Position numbers and translations under genes: made by a program
In this document: in pieces, positions 52,340-64,000 of the stretch
Layout of the letters: each line of letters begins with the position of its first letter
Numbering within the stretch: the stretch's first letter is position 1
Notes under the pieces: generated by a model
What the model was told of the DNA's origin: nothing
Databases searched by the model: none
What the model saw: the letters and a program-made list of their open reading frames with translations, nothing else
Assembly (NCBI RefSeq): GCF_006345805.1
Contig: NC_043000.1
Span: 140,678,001 to 140,742,000 of the forward strand
DNA length: 64,000 bases
Origin: Octopus sinensis
Taxonomy: Eukaryota
Reading direction: 5' to 3'

Positions 52340-52703
52340 CTTTTACTCTTTTACTTGTTTCAGTCATTTGACTGCGGCCATGCTGGAGCACCGCCTTTAA
52401 TCGAGCAACTCGACCCCGGGACTTATTCTTTTGTAAGCCCAGTACTTATTCTATCGGTCTCTTTTGCCGAACCTCTAAGTGACGAGGACATAAATATACC
52501 AGCATCAGTTGTCAAGCAATGCTAGGGGGACAAACACAGACACACAAACACACACATGCATATAGACGGGCTTCTTTCATTTCCATCTACCAAATCCACT
52601 CACAAGGCTTGGTCAGCCCGAGGCTATAGTAGGGACCACGCAGTGGGACTGAACCCGGAACCATGTGGTTGGTAAACAAGCTACTTACCACACAGCCACT
52701 CCT
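52340..52703 (-). mobile_element. SINE family A
   Basis: Family A match. Confidence 0.87.
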
Positions 52704-52897
52704 GGTCACTTTCTTTGGCTAAAATTTCAACTCTGAGATTACCACTTACTCAAATGTACCAATAACTATGCGAGTAAATGTGAATGCAGAATGAAGATAT
52801 TATAGATATAGCATTTGGATAATTTTCCATTTATGTGTCCTTTATCGCTGAAATTTGGTAAAAATGTTCATATCTGTAGACCAGCTAATTTCTATGA

Positions 52898-53311
52898 CTC
52901 TTTACTCTTTTACTTGTTTCAGTCATTTGACTGCGCCCATGCTGGAGCACCGCCTTTAGTCAAGCAAATCGACCCCAGGACTTATACTTTGTAAGCCCAG
53001 TACTTATTCTATCATTCTCTTTTGCTGAACCACTAAGTGACAGGGACATAAACACACCACTATCAGTTGTCAAGCGATGTTGGGGGGACAAACACAGATG
53101 CACAAACACACACACAAACACACACATATATATATATACACATATACGACAGGCTTCTTTCAGTTTCCATCTACCAAATCCACTCACAAGGCTTTGGTTG
53201 ACCCGAGGCTATAGTAGAAGACACTTGCCCAAGGTGCCACACAGTGAGACTGAACCCAGAACTATGTGGTTTGTAAGCAAGCTACTTACCACACAGCCAC
53301 TCCTACGCCTA
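52898..53311 (-). mobile_element. SINE family A
   Basis: Family A match. Confidence 0.88.
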
Positions 53312-53416
53312 CGACAGTAAAGGATTGTTCTTCTATTTCTCAACCACCTATATCAAGATGGTAGCATTTCATCTTAGTCGATGTTTTTCACAGGAATGTT
53401 CTAATATTCATGTTGA

Positions 53417-54152
53417 CATCATCATCATCATCATCATCATCGTTTAACGTCCGCTTTCCATGCTAGCATGGGTTGGACGGTTCAACTGGGGTCTGGCAAG
53501 CCCGAAGGCTGCACCAGGCCAGTCAGATATGGCAGTGTTTCTACAGCTGGATGCCCTTCCTAACGCCAACCACTCTGAGAGTGTAGTGGGTGATTTTATG
53601 TGACACCGCAACAACTGGCCTCCGTGCTGAGGGCACGTACAAACACTATCCGAGCATGGCCGTCCGCCAGCCTCGTCCTGGCACCTGTGTCGGTGACACA
53701 TAAAAAACACCATCCGAGCGTGGCCGTCAGCCAGCCTCGTCTGGCACCTGTGTCGGTGGCACTGCCACGCTCGGATGGTGTTTTCTTATGTGTCCCAACA
53801 CAGGTGCCAGACGAGGCTGGCGGACGGCCATGCTCGGATGGTGTTTGTTACGTGCCCTCAGCACGGAGGCCAGTTGTTGCGGTACTGGCTACGGTCACTT
53901 TCGGATGGTTTTCTTATGTGCCACCGGCACTGGTACCACAAGGATACAAATTCCATTGATGTTCATCTATTTTGATTTGGTTCGATTTGATTTGATTTGA
54001 TTCAATTCGATTCTCACTTGCCTCAACAGTCTTCACAATGTCACAGAAGGAGGTATGCACAGGTGGACTGACTACGTCCCAGGTAGGGGCCACGGATTAT
54101 GGCTTCACTAGTCTGCCGGGTCTTCTCATGCACAGCATACTTCCATAGGTCT
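53417..54152 (-). mobile_element. 5'-truncated RTE (family E) with an internal inverted segment
   Basis: Minus strand starts DLWKYAVHEKTRQ. Segment 53605-53762 runs in the opposite orientation. Confidence 0.8.
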
Positions 54153-54511
54153 ACATGTATGTAAATATTCAGTAATAGGGCCGTTCTCTCTATTTATCCC
54201 AGAGTAGTTTTTTTTATGGATGACATTGTTTTAGCAATGGCATCATGCTTCAATAGAAGGTAATACCTTTATAATATTATTGGACAGCTACTGATCACAT
54301 GCATAATATCTTCCACTGAAATATAACATAATTGACATTTCTAAGTGCATCTTGGGGGTTTAAGGGCTTCTTTGTCACTTTTGTTCTTTAGATATTTCGT
54401 GACTTTCTTTCTGAATTTGGTTTATAAAAAACATAACCTTCAAAGTATGGTCTTATGTTTAAGAATGAGTACACTTCATGCTTATATTAGCATTATATAG
54501 GAATTATATCT

Positions 54512-54876
54512 AGGTAAGTAGCTTGCTTACCAACCACATGGTTCCGGGTTCAGTCCCACTGCGTGGCACCTTGAGCAAGTGTCTTCTGCTGTAGCCTCAG
54601 GCCAACCAAAGCCTTGTCAGTGGATTTGGTAGAGGGAAACTGAAAGAAGCCCGTCGTATATATGTATATACATGTATGTATATGTGTTTGTCCCCCCAAT
54701 ATTGCTCAACACTGGTGTGTTTATGTCCCTGTAACTTAGCAGTTCGGCAAAAGTGACTGAAAGAATAAGTACTAGGCTTACAAAGAATAAGTCCTGGGGT
54801 CGATTTGCAGATTTCAGGACTGAAGGTGGTGCTCCAGTATGGCCGCAGTCAAATGACTGAATCATGTAAAAGAGTA
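54512..54876 (+). mobile_element. SINE family A
   Basis: Family A match. Confidence 0.85.
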
Positions 54877-55109
54877 TAACCATTTTGGGGAGGATGTTAC
54901 ATTTCAAGGTTTATTCTTATTTAGGCACTGTAGTCTAGCCCATCTGGGATTGCATAGAAGATCATAGGGAATGAATACTTCTTGAGTAGTTCGCCTGTGG
55001 GTTTAGGATGTTCCTATGAGTATAGGATGTTGCTATCTTCTTTTTTAAGTATTTGGCTGATGCATTTATTCTTGAGGCTGTTGTTTAGCAGATCCATTCT
55101 TAGTGATAC

Positions 55110-55338
55110 TATTTCTTTATTACCCACAAGGGGCTAAACATAGAGAGGACAAACAAGGACAGACATAAGTATTAAGTCGATTACATAAATTAAGTACTAG
55201 TGCATAACTGGTACTTAATTTATCGACCCAGAAAGGATGAAAGGCAAAGTCGACCTCAGCGGAATTTGAACTCACAGTGTAGCGATAGACAAAATACGGC
55301 TCGCCCGGCATGCTAACGTTTCTGCCAGCTCGCCGCCG
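55110..55338 (-). mobile_element. SINE family C
   Basis: Family C match. Confidence 0.85.
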
Positions 55339-55819
55339 TATTCTGAGTGATAACATACAACACCCAAAGGCTGCCTGCACTGTACTTAAGTCATTTCTTT
55401 TCTTGTTTATTGCAAGAGCAAGTCAATGTTACTGTTTATGTGGATTCTTGTAGTTAATCAATCAATTATCGAAAATGTCAAGGCTAGTAATATTACTGGG
55501 AATGCATTCAATGATATTCTGTTACAAGAGAAGAGCCTAAGTGCCATACGTTTTCAAGTCAGATATAATATTCTTAGGCCATTCCTTACGTATGGCATCC
55601 CTGTATGATATAATTTCTTCAGTACTAGATATTTTTAGCACTTGTGTGGAAAAGAGGGAAGGAGAGGTAATTAATGCAAAAATTTCATATTTTGGGAAGA
55701 AAATCTTCACCCTCAATAGTCAAAAATGGTTGTTTCTTTTGTTCAAATTCTGTTACTATATCAGTAGAAAGTGCATCTAAATCCTGCTAGTTTTTCAGCA
55801 TTGTACATATTTTGAACAT

Positions 55820-56090
55820 AGCTTTGTGAGTGGATTTGGTAGAGAGGAAACTGAAAGAAGCCCATCGTATATATGTATATACATGTATGTGCGTATATGT
55901 GTTTGCGTGTCTGTGTTTGTCCCCCCAACATTGCTTGACAACCGACACTGGTGTGTTTATGTCCCTGTAACTTAGCAGTTCAGCAAAAGTGACTGATAGA
56001 ATAAGTACTAGGCTTACAAAGAATAATTCCTGGGGTCGATTTGCTCAACTAAAGGTGGTGCTCCAGTATGGCCGAAAAATCGACTGAAAA
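55820..56090 (+). mobile_element. SINE family A, 5'-truncated
   Basis: 3' part of family A. Confidence 0.83.
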
Positions 56091-56509
56091 ATTATGAGCT
56101 GTCTTTTGTCTTCTGTTGTTGGGCATCTTAGGACTTTTCCAGTGGACTTTCATAAAAGATTTAGTAGCAGAATAAACAGAAATGTAGACATACTCTCTTC
56201 AAGGAATATTCTTTTTAGAATATTCATAACATCAGATCCAATTGTTCTAATTTCAGTTATAAGTGTGAAGAACGTTGGCCAGATATTTGCAAGCATTTCC
56301 CTTGCAGTCATTAAGATAGCAGCTTGTAAAATAACTTCAGTAGTTATGAATAGGAAATAGACGTGTGTTTTTTAAATTTTTAAAAATCACACCATACTGT
56401 CTACAGTTCAAAGTTTCTGTAATGTTGTTTAATGCAGACGACACAGCATTATTTATCAAAAGTTTTTCAGCACATCCCCACACTTTCTTCTTTCCACCTA
56501 TATACACAT

Positions 56510-56768
56510 ACGCCGGGCGAAATGCGTAGCCGTATTGAAGGCGGCGAGCTGGCAGAAACAGTAGCATGCCGGGCGAAATGCGTAGCCGTATTTTGTCTGC
56601 CGTTACGTTCTGGGTTCAAATTCCGCCGAGGTTGACTTTGCCTTTCATCCTTTCGGGGTCGATAAATTAAGTACCAGTTACGCACTGGGGCCGATGGAAT
56701 CGATTTAATCGCTTTGTCTGTCCTTGTTTGTCCCCTCTGTGTTTAGCCCCTTGTGGGTAGTAAAGAAA
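56510..56768 (+). mobile_element. SINE family C with a duplicated head segment
   Basis: GCCGGGCGAAATGCGTAGCCGTATT occurs both before the head and inside it; TSD TATACACAT. Confidence 0.85.
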
Positions 56769-57088
56769 TATATATACACATTAGTCACTATGGTATATGG
56801 TAATATATAACTCTTAAAACTATCATTGTAGCATGGAACTCTGCCATATGAATAGGAATTATCATTGACTTCCAGATCAAATATGTGAGTCTGTGTGTAT
56901 GTGTGCGCACATGTACATGCATGTGTATGTATATTGATGAAAGCATATATATATTTATGTGTACATGTGTATGAACATGAGATCATGTTATGCACCTACT
57001 TACGTGCAAGTGAGTCTGCAGAAGTGCATAAGTGAATATATACAAAGAGGTACCCCTCAAAAAAACAGGAATTTTGCAATATTATTTT

Positions 57089-57298
57089 ATGGATCTCTTC
57101 CTGTCAAGTGTCCCAGATGAACCAACTTCACGGCAGGAGGTGCAGATGAGGGCAGCTGCATTGAACTCTCTCGTGCACCAAATGGCAATTGCTAAAAAGC
57201 ATCCGTGAAGTAAAATTATGTAGCAACACCAAATGGTGGTGCCCCAGCATGGCCACAGCTCATGAGCTGAAATTAGATAAAATAAAATAAAATAAAAT
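57089..57298 (+). mobile_element. 3' end fragment of the CR1-group LINE family
   Basis: Homologous to 21655-21845 (GGATCT..CCTGTC..CCAGATGAACCAACTTCACGGCAGG...) but with a (TAAAA)n tail. Confidence 0.88.
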
Positions 57299-57299
57299 T

Positions 57300-58160
57300 C
57301 ACTTAGATTTACATGTTTACACTTTTATCACCTTCAAAGTATTCTCCATTTGAAGCAATACTTTTTCCACTATTTGAAGCAGTGTTGGAATTCTTAGGAA
57401 GTGATACCTTTTAACACCACCATCGTTTTATTTTCTTCACTTCTTCCACATCTATAAATTCCATTGCACCAGCTTTTGTCACCAGTGGTGACCTTTGAAA
57501 AAAAATCCAGATCAACTTTCAGCTGTTCTTTCAGTTCACAACATCCATTCAGTCATGACTGCTTTTGATCTTCCATGAGCAAGCAAGACACAAATTTTGC
57601 AGCAATTCTTTTCAATCACAATTCCTTGCTCAAAATTCGTTGGCAGCAGTCATATCAACAAGCTTGTCAAAGAAAGTTCAGTCAATGAATTTTCAGGATG
57701 TTTTCATTAGTTCAGAAGGTCAACGGTTGTCCTAAATAAGGTTGGCCTTCAAGTGACAAATTACCATTTCTAAAGCATGAAAACCACTCATAAATTTATG
57801 TTTTGCTCACGGGAGTGTTCTTGTAAGTGTTTGAAGCATGGCAACTGTTTCAGCTGCTATTTTCCCCAGCAGAAAACAGAAATCCATGAGAAGCACACCG
57901 TTTCTTCATTTCAGCCATTGCAAAAATCGACGAATAGGGGAGAAGCCCTGCAAAACAAAGACGCACCACATGAGTATGACTTTACTCGATGACACTGGTT
58001 GGCAGACTGATGCCTGAAGGTCACATCAAGTGGCTTCTAGCAGCAGAAGCCAGAGCTACAATAGGCTTGTCTCACAGAGACCGTTTCCAGCTACCTTTGG
58101 GTATCCCCTCCTATGCGTATGCAATACATGCAAGTGATGCTTGGAAATCTGTAAATTTGC
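57300..58160 (-). mobile_element. decayed mariner transposon
   Basis: Minus-strand FCFLLGK.AAETVAMLQT...IYEWFSCFRNG at the N-terminus and FQHCFK*W...IASNGEYFEGD at the C-terminus. Confidence 0.72.
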
Positions 58161-58165
58161 AAGTA

Positions 58166-58676
58166 CCATAAATCCTCGAGTATAATCCGCATTTTTTCTC
58201 AAAATTTAAAGGTCAAAATCCCTTGCGCGTACTATATACAAAGTTAAAAATGAAAAATATTTTCTAAGCAATGTCCAAGTCTCTATTTGCTGTCTGGCAA
58301 TGTTTATTCAGACACATTTTGTGATGTCAGTTGTGCAAATGCCTTAAGCTAAGCCTGAAAGCAATGAAGTCATAAAAAAATCATCCATAACTTGCAGTAA
58401 GCAACATTTAGTAAACTTTATTATTGTTATTACTGTTATTTCTTTATTATCTGCAAACAAAATGCTACACGTTTGCATCATGTTATATATACAATAACAA
58501 TAAAGGACGTTATCGTATACATTTTTACAAACCAAGGACGTTATATAGACCTCCTTGACTCAAATTAGAGAAGGGGTGCGTATTATACACAAGGTTTAGG
58601 CTTTTCAGAGGTACAGCCCCCTAAAAATCCCCTGTGTATTATACTAAAAGGTTGAACTATACTCAAGGATTTATGG
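58166..58676. mobile_element. Tc1/mariner-pogo MITE
   Basis: TA|CCATAAATCCTCGAGTATA ... TATACTCAAGGATTTATGG|TA terminal inverted repeats. Confidence 0.8.
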
Positions 58677-59181
58677 TAGTATTTACACTAAAAACTATAT
58701 GCATGCATATGTGAAGAGGAACCAAGAGGAAAACGCTTACTATAGTATGCATATCATTTGGGTGAAATTCACAATTGGATGCACCAATAAGTACATCGAG
58801 AAAACAAAGCAAAACAGGAAAGCTAATGTGTAAAATAATTAGTTACATCATCTTACACATGCTTCAATAACAAACACTGATTATTGGTTATATAATGTAA
58901 ATGATATAATACAAATACATAATTAAATGTCCAGAAATGCATAACTCTTCACAAATTTATGCATATTAGATTCAATAATAATGTTGCCATCATTGGTATC
59001 ATAACTATTACGTTAGACATGGAATTTACTGTATATATTTAGTATATGAGAGAGAAATGCTGTTTCATAACAAAAGAACTACGAAGAAGTTTGTCTCACT
59101 GAAACATTTCTGATGAGAGTAGGTGCGTAACCAAATATAACGGATTACAGAGAACACAGTATGGTATGGTATACCTATGAT

Positions 59182-59408
59182 GGCGAGCTGGCAGAAACGT
59201 TAGCACGCTGGGCGAAATGCTTAGCGGTATTTCGTCTGCGTTACGTTGTGAGTTCAAATTCCGCCGAGGTCGACTTTGCCTTTCATCCTTTCGGGGTCGA
59301 TAAATTAAGTACCAGTTATGCACTGGGGTCGATGTAATCGACTTAATACCTATGTCTGTCCTTGTTTGTCCCCTCTGTATTTAGCCCCTTGTGGGTAATA
59401 AAGAAATA
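59182..59408 (+). mobile_element. SINE family C
   Basis: Perfect 15-bp TSD GGTATACCTATGATG (59168-59182 and 59409-59423). Confidence 0.9.
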
Positions 59409-60013
59409 GGTATACCTATGATGAATCATTTCATTGGGTTATTACTTTTTAATTATTGAGTAGATACTTTGTTAATAACAAAAACGGCCAATAGATACTA
59501 CGTTACTTTCAAATCAGACATTAAGTGGTTATACTATGCTTAGGCATGTATTTAATAACAAAATGTTATGTAAGACCAACCCACTAATGGGATATGCATT
59601 GAATTTAAAGCCTAAAGGCACTAAATTAAACTTCGGTGGAGCACCATAGCCTCTGCTTCTACATACATGGGAAATACGAATGATTGCTAGTTTAATTGGA
59701 GAAAATAAGCATTATCACCTGTAAACCTCAACTCTTTAAATCATTTGAATTCTCTAGAAATAATTCCAATTAATATGATAATTGAAATGCAAATAATTAG
59801 GTGGTAATATTTTGTTCCTAAAAAAAAAAGACGCAAATACTATTCACACACCAAATGTTCCCTTTTTCATGCTGCATGTCAGTAGATAAAATTGCATGTA
59901 TGGTTATTTATATCAGTATGCCTGTATGTATGTATGTATGTATGTATCTACCTGTCTGTCTGTCTATCTATCATGTTATATTGTATGTGTATATATATAT
60001 AATAAATAAATAA

Positions 60014-60263
60014 GTAAATGCACCCTTTTAAAGCCTAGCCAGGCTCATGGGCCCAGTTACCCAGTTTCTATGCGTATGTGTTCCCCAGCTGGATGGGACG
60101 CCAGTCCCTCGCAGCGTTACTCATTTTTGCCAGCTGAGTGGACTGGAGCAACGTGAAATGAAGTGTTTTGCTCAAGAACACAACGCATCACCCGGTCCAG
60201 GAATCGAAACCACAATCTTACAATCATGGTGCTGACACCCTAACCACTAAGCCACGCGCCTCC
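60014..60263 (-). mobile_element. SINE family D
   Basis: Homologous to 14218-14466. Confidence 0.85.
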
Positions 60264-61036
60264 ACATGAATATATATATATATATATTATTTGTGTATAT
60301 ATATATATGATGATGATGACTATCAACGTGTGACTGAGGAAGACCATCACTATCCACTGCCAATGCAAAATACAAGCAGTGTCTGTGCATGAGGCTATTG
60401 CACCAGTAGTCACCTTCACCCAGGTTTGCATCTGTGTCTTCAATGCTCACTGTGGGATCCTTCTACTCAACCAGATATTGGCTAGTTTCCTCGCCATCAA
60501 CTGTGCAACCTAAAGTATTATGTCTAATATAGTTGGCACACCATCTCACACACATTCACCATTCTATTGTCATGATCCAGAGACAAGCCAGAGCAATATA
60601 TCCAGTGCTAATATGGGTTTGCAGCCTCATGAATGTAAGAGTACCATGATCTAAAGCACAAGCAAAAGAGAGCCAAAATGTTCATTGCCATTCTCGATAT
60701 ATCTGGTTTTATATCAGACTGACCTTCTCCTACAGACATGCTTAAACAAAAGCTAAAGAGAGCCTTACTCCAGTGGTCTTCAAGCATACTGAACACCAAG
60801 CCTAAATTTCTGAGGACTTGTTCTATTGCTAGAGAGTTTTGAATTTATACTATGTTCATCCATCCTTTTAACAGGTTTTAATTCAGATGTGCTAGATTTT
60901 TAGCAGTCCTCCTCATCAGGCAAACCTGGTAGGGGTGCCGGTTTAGCCACCAATGACATGCAACACATTGTACTGAATTCCATGTTGCCAGTAGCACTGA
61001 TAAGAGACCTCAGAAGTGACCTAATATATGTATGTA

Positions 61037-61069
<33 letters not shown>

Positions 61070-61255
61070 TACGTGCTGGTGGCACATAAAAGAGTGTTTG
61101 GCGTTAGGAAGGGCATCAAGCTGTAGAAACTCTGCCAGATCAAGATTGGAGCCTGATGCAGCCATCTGGTTCACCAGTCTTCAGTCAAATCGTCCAACCC
61201 ATGCTAGCATGGAAAACAGACGTTAAACGATGATGATGATGTTGATGATGATGAT
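61070..61255 (+). mobile_element. RTE 3'-UTR fragment (family E)
   Basis: Family E terminus with (GAT)n. Confidence 0.8.
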
Positions 61256-61275
61256 ATATATATCATTTTCTTAGA

Positions 61276-62010
61276 ATGGATACCCTTAAGAGAAAATTCA
61301 CCTCTGTCCTCTTTGGCCTCTACAGGGATGACCCCTTGGCCAACTCAAGGGAAGCAAGTGACCACACTCTAGATAAGCTTAGGAAGGACTTAATCAGCAC
61401 ACTTGGCACTATGGTATTGAAGATCACCACAGAGACCAACCTCACCACAGCGCACTACTTAGACATCACGCTGGACTTGGGCTCCAGTACCTACAAGCTC
61501 TACCACAAACCAAATGAGAGGCTAACATACATCAATACAGCCTCATCCTACCCACCCATAATATTCAAGAACCTGAAAAAGGTCTTAGTAAGAGCATTTC
61601 CTCTAACCAAGGGGCCTTTGATGTGGCACCTCCATATTTACAACGAGGCCCTAGCTGCCAGTGGGTTCAAGGACTGCATCTCCTATATGCTGGAACCCAA
61701 TACCTGCAGAAGGAAACACTGCAGAAATACAATTTGGTTTGCCCCCACCACTTCTCCCTTAATACTATTACACCTGTAGGTAGACTTTTCCTAAAATTAA
61801 TAGGCCAACACTTTATATAGGTACGCCCCCATTTTCAACAGGCACAATGTTAGGTTAGGGTCTCATTTAGCTGTGTCCCTAGCATCAAGAGAATCTTAGT
61901 TAGTGTCCCTAAGCAACAGGAAGAGGCGGGTTGTTCATGCAGGATCCACAAATGTTGCCCAGTAGAAGGCTGCTATGAAACCAAAGGTGTAATCTATCAG
62001 GCCGAGGTGT
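61276..62010 (+). mobile_element. second Penelope-like element fragment (RT C-terminus and start of GIY-YIG), decayed
   Basis: FGLYRDD..YLDITLDL..YINTASSYPP..YNEALAASGF..IWFAP; in another frame CSCRIHKCCPVEGC..GVIYQAEV. Confidence 0.82.
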
Positions 62011-64000
62011 GAGCGAACCTGACCAATTCCACTGGTAGGAACCATAGCAGCCGTAGACACAAGGGCAGTGCCACCAACAGAGCCAGCTACACCACCACCA
62101 CCACGGATTCTCTCACTTGGCTACCTCAGAGACCAACCCACATATTAACATTACTGAACTGTGCACAACTGACTGGTTACAATAGCAACAGTATCCAAAG
62201 TATACAAAGCAACCCTTCATAAATACATTATAGCTCAGAACATAAATTTTCTGATGTAGGAGTCTTAACCTTGAGATTTTGAAATACAAGCTAAATGTAC
62301 AAGCCATTGACTTCTATTTATTCATTTTTTGTTGATTGTTTTGTTTTGACTTTAAAGAATTTTAAAACATTTATTTATTAAAGAGAACATATTTTATTAA
62401 TTATTATAAGGTAAAGGTATATAGTTTTGGCTTTCTCACTATCATCAGTCAGTAACTTACTGTAGCTCTTCTAGTTTTATACAGCTTTTTTGCAGGTCAT
62501 TCCTTGAGTACACAGAGTAATATGAATTAATATTAGATTAGGTGTAGGTAGACAAATGATGCTGTATTGAAAAAGATAATAAAGAAAAATAGGAGAAAAG
62601 TATGTTTGTACAGAGAGGGTTGATTGAAATATATGGTGGGGACAGTTATTCTGGTTTGATTTATCAATTTATCTGTGATTATCTATCTGTTTCTCTGTAT
62701 GTCTGACTACCTTTCTTTGTGTGTCTTTGTATAAACTGGGAATGCTAGAGAATTTTCAAAACAAATGGAACTATAAATTATTGTAATAATGTAATAATGT
62801 AAGAAAAATATAGCAAGGAAGATCATACAGATCGTGACCGATGTAAAAATTCTTAATCTGCTTTCATTAAAGTACACATTTACATAACCACTACTCTCTA
62901 ACTAACTACTCTTCTACATGTGGTAAACAAAAATCAATATATGACAGAGATAATGATGATAATGAGGAGGTTAATGATGATGATGATGCCACCACTTCTG
63001 CTACTAATAAGAACGTCAGCAATGGCATATAGTAAGGAATCCTACAATTTAAATAAAAATACTAATTGCTTCAATAGAAACCACATAGGGATTCATGTAA
63101 CAGGCTCATGAATACAAAAGAGAAATTAGAAAATTAGAACAGGGAAATATGGAAAATTATACAAAGAAATTTGTTATGGTTTCCATCAAAAGTCATTTAT
63201 TTTCCTTAAAGGCATCCTTACTAAACAATCTTCTCCAATTACAAATGATTTTCCTGTTTTGAACAAAGACAATTGAGCCAGGGATATAAATAGATCGCAA
63301 GAATAATTGTGAAACCAAGAAGATGAAAAGAAAACAAGAAAATAGGCATCATTAAAAATGAAAGCGAAAGTATTTAAACTATTATTGTGAATGATCTTTA
63401 ATTCACATTTTATTGAAGTAAGAAATGATTTCAGAAAATCTAGATGTATTTTGGTTTCAGGGCAGAAATCCTTCAATTATTTAACTTCCTGAAAATTTAG
63501 AAATGTATATATTAAAAGTTATTTGATGTATTTAAAACAAAGCTTTTTTTATCATAAATACTTGAACCTGAAATATTTAGAAGCATTTCTAACAAATGAA
63601 CTTGTATATTGGTGAGTAAGTTGCATATTTGACATGAGAATTTTATTAATAACCAATAGCTGACTTCGGCATAACAAATTGTATAGCCTAAGCATATGGT
63701 ATTTTTTTTATATTTTCTTGAAACTTGTCTCAATACTTAGTTCTCATCTGTATCCATTTTTAACAAAATGAGTGCATTTTTCTTCCTGTGAACACCAATA
63801 TGGATTCTAAAATGTTCGTCTTTGCTGATAATCTAATTTCATAGAGAAGCACTGCCTAATTTCTATTTCTAGAATATTGAGTTAAATGCTATTCCACATA
63901 ATTTTTAAGTAAATCCCTGACAATGTGTATCAAAAATTGAAATTGTGTGGAATCCTAATAATGAGTTTGTTTTTAAACTTTCATTTCGTTTGTTTATAAG

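Noticed and set aside
63186-63733. Possible hAT-Charlie transposase remnant (YAEV..WL)
   Set aside because: Too few recognisable motifs to support a call.

Overview
AT-rich eukaryotic DNA made almost entirely of transposable elements and microsatellites, with a 100-N scaffold gap at 18927-19026. The SINE and microsatellite landscape resembles an Octopus (cephalopod) genome; that is my recognition and is not verified. I found no convincing host protein-coding exon, and most ORF-track entries are repeat or microsatellite artefacts. Recognisable elements: four tRNA-headed SINE families (labelled A-D here); many 3'-UTR fragments of an RTE-clade LINE; a frameshifted CR1-group LINE ORF2; Penelope-like element (PLE) fragments; Helitrons, one carrying a PIF1-helicase fragment; an R4/Dong remnant; and decayed mariner, DD37D, hAT and Tigger transposons. 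The most notable signals are retroelement RNA structures: an intact-looking type I hammerhead ribozyme (37955-38064) next to a PLE GIY-YIG fragment, a second decayed hammerhead, a candidate HDV-like ribozyme on a non-autonomous RTE-like element, and tandem ~60-nt modules in RTE 3'-UTRs that each fit an H-type pseudoknot. SINE A also shares its 3' tail with the local CR1-group LINE.
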